From Macrostomum lignano (Eukaryota), in assembly GCA_002269645.1 (NCBI GenBank), contig NIVC01001265.1, forward strand, positions 1 through 64,000: 64,000 nt of DNA. The letters are read 5' to 3'. Below are positions 56,901-64,000 of this stretch, in pieces. Below the pieces are notes generated by a model. That model ran no database searches and had not been told where the DNA came from. It saw only the letters and a program-made list of their open reading frames with translations. Each line of letters opens with the position of its first letter. The first letter of the stretch is position 1. The translations under genes were made by a program, and so were the position numbers.

Positions 56901-59900
56901 CTTCCATGTCTGTCTATTTTCCTTCCATGCGTTTACAATATCCCTTTCATGTCTTTACAATGCCATTTCAATGTCTTTACAACGTCGGTTCCAGGTCCCT
57001 TTTATTTCATGGGCCACATTCTTTTCCTGTCTTCCACTGACGCGCGATGCACTTTCTAGCATGATCCAGAGATCACAAGTACCGATAGCATAACTTAAAG
57101 CTAACACCAGAGCAGATCATCAGCTTACTGGTCCCAGAAAGCGGTTTCGGATTAGCAAATCTGAGTTCTCCGACGGGCGGCTCAGCGTACGGCACGCCCA
57201 GAAACTGGGTCAGGGTGGTGCCGGCCTCGGTTCGTATCGTCTCGCCAAGCACTGAACCGTAGCCCACCACAGTAATGCTGTAATTCCTCAGGACCAAGTA
57301 ATCCACTCTTCTGACTCTGTTCGACTCCGGGACTTCTTGCGCCTGTTTCGGCTCGGCGGCCATCGAATTGTCAAACTGAGCAGTCAGTAGGCCAGCGTCC
57401 GGTCCGCATAGCCTGTTATGAAACGGCATCTCGTGCTTCCACACTGGGCAGCGGCCGGGCTCGAGGCTGAAGCCGTCTGGCAGAGAATCCGCGCTCGACG
57501 AGTCGTTGGCGGCGCGGTAGTTCATGAACTCTGTGCCGTTCAGCCCCGTCCGAGGCCACGCATTGTCGAGATCTGAGTAGGGGTAGGTGGGTGTCATTTC
57601 GTCTGCTGAAACATCTGCTGTTGAGGCATCTGCTAGACCATCTGCTGTTGAGGCATCTGCTAGACCATCTGCTGTTGAGGCATCTGCTAGACCATCTGCT
57701 GTTGAGGCATCTGCTGGAGCATCTGCTGTGTGAAGCATCTGCTGGAGCATCTGCTGTGTGAAACATCTGCTGGAGCATCTGCTGGAGCATCTGCTGGAGC
57801 ATCTGCTGGAGCATCTACTGTTGAGGCATCTGCTGGAGCATCTGCTGTTGAAGCATCTGCTGGAGCATCTGCTGTTGAAGCATCTGCTGGAGCATCTGCT
57901 GGAGCATCTGCTGTGTGAAGCATCTGCTGGAGCATCTGCTGGAGCATCTGCTGTGTGAAGCATCTGCTGGAGCATCTGCTGGAGCATCTGCTGTGTAAAG
58001 CATCTGCTGGAGCATCTGCTGGAGCATCTGCTGGAGCATCTGCTGGAGCATCTGCTGGAGCATCTGCTGGAGCATCTGCTGTGTGAAGCATCTGCTGGAG
58101 CAGAGCCCCCTGCTCTCGCAAACTGGCTCCTATTCTCCCTCCTACATTCCCAAATTGCACCAAAGATGTCGCCAACCTTCCAGCCTGACGAAGCGGCCAA
58201 GGTGGTCCATCATGGTGCTGGCCAGGCTCTCGTGTCCGGCGGGATATCCGGCTCGCACCAGCGGCTCGCCCAAGAAGTAGCGCACGTCAACGCTGTGATC
58301 CCCGCGTGAATCGATGGGATCCGTGACGTTCATCTGGTAGACGTAAACGGGCTCCGTCGACGGCGCCTGCAGAAGGTCGCCGGCCGCCTCCCAGACCGGA
58401 CAGGCGTAGCGAAAGTCGCCGATAGCTTGGGCCAGCAGCGGCCGGACGGCCTCGCCGAATTTCTTGGTCGGCCAGTCGGCCAGCGACAATCGAAGGAAGT
58501 TTTGGCCGCACGGACTGGTCTGGGTGTGCACTCGGGGGAAGTGGAGGAACTCCTGGCTGACAATCTGCGGGGGGACGATTAGAGATTAGTCACGCGCTCT
58601 GAGTCCATAGGGTGTCGTTGTTACAGGCGGTGGTTGCCTATAAAACTCGAAATATTCGCAGGAGGGCTGCGGGCTCGCTGATGCAGCTCCTCAACCAGCT
58701 CTGAAGGCAATTCTGCCCATTCCGCTGACTGCTGAGCGCATACAAGCGCGCCAATACTGTACGCAGGCACCACTCGTACACACGCTCACGCAGGGTGTAC
58801 ACAGCGACCCTGACTTTGTAATCGCCAGGCATGCAGCTCGTACACTGGCTGGCTTTGAACGGAATCGAACCAAGGCTCGAGGCTAGAGAGACAGATGCGT
58901 TCTCTGCTGGGCTGCTCTGCCCCCCCCCCACACACCATCCTGATTCACAATGCCGAGACTTAGGCGCTAATGGAATCGCTCGAACAGCTCGGGGTATGCT
59001 CTCTATCGCCGTCCAAGTGACCTATACGCGCCGAGCCGAACATGCACTGCCCACTGCTTAAGATAGAGTTTGAGTCTCAGTTAGGGTGTAAGAATTAGGA
59101 TTATGGATAAGACTTAAGTTATGTTGTTAGATTCCTGGCAGTTAATTTTCGTAGACCCAGCCAGCCCAGCAACCACGGACAACTGAAGCAGAAGGACCAC
59201 TATACTCGAGTTTCTTAAAAATGAGCCAGAGGCCCGTAAGGAAGGCATGTCTGTCGGATTTCGTCATAAATACAGATTTCTCGAGACCATACTGAATTCT
59301 CAAGCCTCCTTGCGCCCTTCTAGATCAGTTGCCCATGAGTTCAACATGCCAGCAAGCTTTTCGCACCACACTCGATACATTCTAATTGTCAGTAGACGAT
59401 CTCTTCTACAGTTCATCTCGATTCAAACTCGCACCTGGTTGAAGACGCTCTCAGTGACGTCGGGCCACTGCCCACCCTCAAGCGCCGCGTCAGCTCTCGG
59501 TCCACCAGAGTTGACGGCCGCTCCGGTCAGCACCGAGAAGTTTGAACCCTGCCGCCAGAGGTCCAGCGGGCCGCCGCTGCCATTGGGGAACATCTCCCCT
59601 GAGCCCAGCGGCACAAAGCCGTCCGGCGACACCGAGGCGGCCGCCAGCAGAAGCTGCTCGACACTGACCGCGACCAGGCAGTTTAACGATTCCTCGGGGC
59701 TGGACAAGTTGCAGGCAAGCTGGTTGGCCAGTTGCCAGCCCAGCTTCTGCGCTTCATCCGGCGAGTCAGACCAGGCTAGCGGCGAGGCAATCGATCCGCC
59801 CAGCATGGCGACCCGCTGGAACAGCGAGCCGTCAGAGCCGTCCGCCACCGCCAGGAGTCCCGCGGCGGCTGCGGCGTTGCCGTGGCCGGCCAGCGACACC

Positions 59901-60496
59901 CGAGCGGCGTCGCCGCCGAAGCTGCCGACGGCCTCCTCAAGGAACTGAATTGCCAGCAGTTGATCGCGCAGGCCCAGATTATCTGGAACTCCGTCGAAGC
60001 TCAGGTAACCAAGGACGCCCTGGCGAGACTGGACCGTTGCTAGGACAACGCCGTGGATGGCGCTGAAAACGTCGCCAAGCTCGACGCCGACCTCCTGGCT
60101 GGCGAGCAGGATCAGCACCGGCTGCCTGCCGGCCAGGTCTCTAGACCGGACGCTGAGGTGCAGGCAGTCCTCGGACTGGCCGGCCGAGTTGTTGAAGTCG
60201 CCAAACGGGCAGGCAGGCGGCGGCAGAGTGGCGTTGATGCTCAGCGTCTCCGAGAACGGCTCCGCCTGCTGGAATCGCAGCGGCGGCTGCGCGTAGCCGA
60301 CGGAGAGAAAGCGGGACACCCGGTGGTCCGTGTTGTTGTGGTAGGTCAGGCGGATCTCCTGCCCGATGATTGTTGCATTCTGGTGCTGCACCTGCACCTC
60401 CCCGACCACCGAGGTGCTGAGCAGCTGCCCGTTGCTCCGTAGAGTTGCCGCTAGTAGCAGCAAAAGCAGCGAAAGCCGCGATACTTCAGTTAGCAT
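53954..60496 (-). CDS. Type I membrane protein with two tandem non-catalytic carboxylesterase/cholinesterase-like domains, a Thr/Ser mucin stalk, TM and short tail; ~1,316 aa, 6 exons
   Basis: Phase-consistent exons: 60496-59435, 58564-58177, 57572 (or 57602)-57129, 56523-55661, 55448-55169, 54867-53954. The hallmarks EDCLxL and NxGLRDQ each occur twice, along with FLGVPYAEPPVGELRF and CxFW/CPVW domain ends. Nucleophile elbows are GHGNA and GVEAG, neither with Ser. Confidence 0.88.
55493..55658. repeat. (CAGT)n microsatellite filling most of a 212-nt intron
   Basis: About 41 units, contiguous with the GTGACT donor site. Confidence 0.97.
57603..58100. repeat. 12-bp-based intronic repeat (GAGCATCTGCTG) with variants
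   Basis: Source of the ADAPAD, MLQQ and SRCS ORFs. Confidence 0.93.
58655..58912 (-). mobile_element. tRNA-derived SINE, copy 3 (intronic)
   Basis: Perfect B box GGTTCGATTCC on the minus strand at 58871-58861. The body is homologous to copies 1 and 2. Confidence 0.78.
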
Positions 60497-61439
60497 CACG
60501 GACGGTCGATTTCTATGCTCGACACGGTTAGCCAAGAGCGAATCTGCCAGTAAGTCGCATTTTAAACTCGTGCCTTATCTACTCACATTTCTTTGCTTTG
60601 AAATAGGTTTCCATGGCAACCAGAGTCGCAGTTTAGAAGCTTGCACTAATGAATAGCAAGCATACTTTGCTTTTTTCGAGTCAGAGTTTCTCTGTCCATC
60701 CTTATCGGGTAGCCATATGGCTTGCTTGTTGGGCCTCTTATCTCCCAGCAAGACTGCCCCCCTGCCCTCCGCTCGGTGGCTTTGATGAAGGCAATCTCTG
60801 CCTCTGGTAGATATTTTTTCATTACTTTAAAATTGCATGCCAAGTTATTAACCATTTCTAGAATAATTTTTATTCCACTTCACGCTGAGCGTGCTATTTA
60901 CGATCTAGTAGATTATATACTGACATTGCACGCGATTTAAATTCGTTTGTACTACTTGCAGTAGGTAAAAAAAATCAGCGTCGCAGAATTATGACGAAAT
61001 AATTAACAAACAACAGCAATTTTCCCATCGAAAATGATGAGGTTTATTGCATTTTTGGGGCCTGTTGATTTCAAATGAATAAAGGTGTATTTTAAATAAA
61101 TCGGTATAGATTATTTAAAAACTATACCAAACTATACTAAAAAATATACTACTAAAATCGATTAGTTTGACGGTTTTAGGGAAATACTACGTGTCATAAG
61201 ACAAAGCCTGGGCAGGTGAGGGGAGTGATTAATCATGCATAATAGGAGATGCTGATGCTGATTGGACAACAAGCGGGTAAGTTGAGTGAAAGTTGAGATT
61301 AAGAAGATGAATCACTTAGATAGTGAGATTGCGAGTCTGTTTCTCTGTCTGTCACTCCCTAGCCTCTGACGGCTGTCACTCTCAATGCTCCTAGTCTGTA
61401 TATGTCACTCCTACATTGTATAGTCTGTCACTCCTTACG

Positions 61440-61858
61440 CTCCTAGTCTGTATGGCCTGTCACTCCTAGTCTATATAGCCTGTCACTCCTAGTCTATATA
61501 GCCTGTCACTCCTAGTCTATATAGCCTGTCACTCCTAGTCTATACAGCCTTACACTCCTAGTCTATATAGCGTGTCACTCCTAGTCTATATGGCCTGTCA
61601 CTCCTAGTCTATATAGCCTGTCACTCCTAGTCTATATAGCCTGTCACTCCTAGTCTATACAGCCTTACACTCCTAGTCTATATAGCGTGTCACTCCTAGT
61701 CTATATGGCCTGTCACTCCTAGTCTATATAGCCTGTCACTCCTAGTCTATATAGCCTGTCACTCCTAGTCTATATAGTCTGTCACTCCTAGTCTATATAG
61801 CCTGTCACTCCTACTCTATATAGCGTGTCACTCCTAGTCTATATAGCCTGTCACTCCT
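61440..61858. repeat. 23-bp minisatellite (CTGTCACTCCTAGTCTATATAGC)
   Basis: About 18 units immediately 3' of the SLC35F-like stop codon. Confidence 0.93.
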
Positions 61859-61886
61859 CAGTCCAAGCCTGTCACGCAGCGGCCGT

Positions 61887-63442
61887 TCACTTGACCACCC
61901 GCCTGACTTTGCGCGAATCCGCAGTGTACTGATCCAGGTGGCACAGCCGAGCCAGCCGCCGCTGCCAGCCCTCTGGCACGAAGGTTAGCAGGAAGGCCAC
62001 GGCGACGGCCGCAATGCCGGCGACTCGCATCGGCGGAAAGTCGCCATAGTCGCCGTTGACGAAGGTGCCAAAGCGGAGTGTCTTCAGCCAGAATACGTGC
62101 AGGACTGCGGGGTGCGACGGGGAATCTTTGGTTAATTATCCTGTTCTGTCAATGCCAGTCTACATGCTAACAGTCTGTCACTCTCCGCCTTCTGTTCTGT
62201 CACTCTGACACTGTAGCAGTCTGTCACTCTCCGTCTTCTAGTCTGTCACTCTCCGTCTTCTAGTCTGTCACTCTGACACTGAAGCAGTCTGTCACTCTCC
62301 GCCTTCTGTTCTGTCACTCTAACATTGTAGCAGTCTGTCACTCTCCGCCTTCTGTTCTGTCACTCTGACACTGTAGCAGTCTGTCACTCTCCGTCTTCTA
62401 GTCTGTCACTCTGAATTGAAGCAGTCTGTCACTCTCCGCCTTCTGTTCTGTCACTCTGACACTGTAGCAGTCTGTCACTCTCAGTCGTGTGTTTTTAGGT
62501 TAAATATTTTTTCGCAATTTTTGTCACAATTCGCACATCCCAGCTTAATGGCACTTTGGCTAGAATTTTCCCTTCCTCATTAATAATTAACGAGCTTAGG
62601 CATCGGAGCCAGGACATGAAGAAGACTCAGCGAAAATCATAATTGAATTTTTATGCAGCTGACAAAGCTATATTTCTGGTTAAGCTGGTTGTCTGATGCA
62701 TTTATCAGTCTACTGCCTGATCGTCAGATTCGAACCAAATTTGACATCTGATCGGATTAAAGAGATTTATATAAGGGTAAAATTTCAATATTTCAGGATA
62801 GCAACAGGGTTGAATTATAAATCCGCGTGTCAGCGCATTCCGGATCCCACAGACTAAGTGGATTAACCGGCTTATTTGATTTCAAGGCTCAGAAATTTCC
62901 GTCTGTCTCAAGATGCGATTCGTTGCTGCTTTTAAGCCCTCAAAAGTGCTGGGAAACGCCCGGTAAATTTCCCGAAGTTGAAGGGTAGAGGAGGGAGGAA
63001 GGGAGAAGGGGAAGAGAGAGGAAGGAAGAAAATAGAGGGGGAGAAACAGATTGGAGGTATGGAGATAAGGAGAGAGGAAGGGAGGATAGAAAGGTGGGAG
63101 AAGAAGTGAAGAGAAGAAGGGAAGAGAAGAAGGGAAGAGAGGAAAGGTGGAGAGGAAGGGAAAAGAGAAAGGGGGGAGAGAGGGAGAGAGGGAGGAGAAG
63201 AAGGGCAAGAGCAGCGGAGCACTCACGCAGCTCGACCACAATAGCCAGCAGCAGTCCGAAGCTGACCAGCAGGTGGTAGGTGAAGAAGTTGCCCAGGTGC
63301 AGCAGGAGGAACAGGATGCAGTTGGAGCCGGCGGCGCCGAACACGAACTGCCAGGGCGTGGCGACCGACAGCCCCGGCTCCAGGCGGAACCAGACCGACA
63401 GCAGCAGCACTCCGGGCCACAGGACCACCAGGGTGCAGACAC
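61887..63442 (-). CDS. SLC35F3/F4-like (EamA/DMT, putative thiamine transporter family) protein, last two exons; 5' part lies beyond the window
   Basis: Exon 63442-63227 reads VCTLVVLWPGVLLL..LEP..PWQFVFG..LLLHLGNFFTYHLLVSFGLLLAIVVEL. Exon 62104-61887 reads LHVFW..MRVAGIAAVAVAFLLTFVPEGW..*. Phase is 1-1. It resembles the SLC35F3/4 C-terminal pattern PW..L..LNFGIAVTYPTLMSLG..VRV..GFLLLLLPEEW. Confidence 0.75.
62170..62487. repeat. Composite intronic minisatellite (CTGTCACTCTCCGCCTTCTGTT / CTGTCACTCTGACACTGTAGCAGT)
   Basis: Alternating 22- and 24-bp units. Confidence 0.9.
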
Positions 63443-63491
63443 CTACGGCCATGCGGTGACCCGTTCTTTAGAGATTCCCAAACTATTGGCT

Positions 63492-64000
63492 CCAGCAACC
63501 ACCTCACTCCACATGTACACACCTGACTCCCCGCCCCAGCAACCACCTCACTCCACATGTACACACCCGACTTCCCGCTCCGGCACCTCCTCACTCCACA
63601 TGTACACACCCGACTTCCCGCTCTAGCAACCACCTCACTCCACATGTACACACCCGACTTCCCGCTCCGGCAACCACCTCACTCCACATGTACACACCCG
63701 ACTTCCCGCTCTAGCAACCACCTCACTCCACATGTACACACCCGACTTCCCGCTCCGGCAACCACCTCACTCCACATGTACACACTCGACTTCCCGCTCT
63801 AGCAACCACCTCACTCCACATGTACACACCCGATTTCCCGCTCCGGCAACCACCTCACTCCACATGTACACACCCGACTTCCCGCTCTAGCAACCACCTC
63901 ACTCTACATGTACACTCCCGACTTCCCGCTCCGGCAACCACCTCACTCCACATGTGCACACCCGACTTCCCGCTAAAGTAACCACCTCACTCCACATGTA
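63492..64000. repeat. 44-bp intronic minisatellite (CAACCACCTCACTCCACATGTACACACCCGACTTCCCGCTCTAG)
   Basis: About 11.5 units, running off the window end. Confidence 0.95.

Noticed and set aside
57603-58200. N-terminal half of the 375-aa ORF (SRCSSRC / ADGLAD)
   Set aside because: Intronic 12-bp repeat that happens to be in frame with the true exon downstream.

Overview
Eukaryotic genomic DNA from an invertebrate animal. It has GT-AG introns, mostly GC-rich exons and TTAGGG-type repeats, and most long introns are filled with minisatellites; the style resembles the flatworm Macrostomum, which is inference only. By reading splice sites and checking reading-frame phase by hand I assembled five spliced minus-strand genes: a divergent profilin (2 exons), an SLC38A11-like amino-acid transporter (11 exons), a GPI-anchored Ly6/three-finger protein (3 exons), a ~1,316-aa type I membrane protein with two tandem catalytically dead cholinesterase-like domains (6 exons), and the last two exons of an SLC35F3/F4-like transporter. 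Three unassigned intronless ORFs also look real: a 189-aa poly-Pro protein next to the profilin, an 85-aa single-pass membrane protein, and a 41-aa micro-ORF absent from the ORF track. The first ~12 kb is a repeated cassette of minisatellite array, tRNA-like head and Helitron/Helentron-like block. The window also holds a tRNA-derived SINE family, a hAT-like MITE and about 30 tandem arrays. Most long ORFs in the supplied track are translations of repeats. The best leads are the double pseudo-cholinesterase receptor, the profilin/poly-Pro gene pair, inverted minisatellite pairs that bracket single exons, and the array-carrying cassette. No database searches were run; family calls rest on motifs I recognise.
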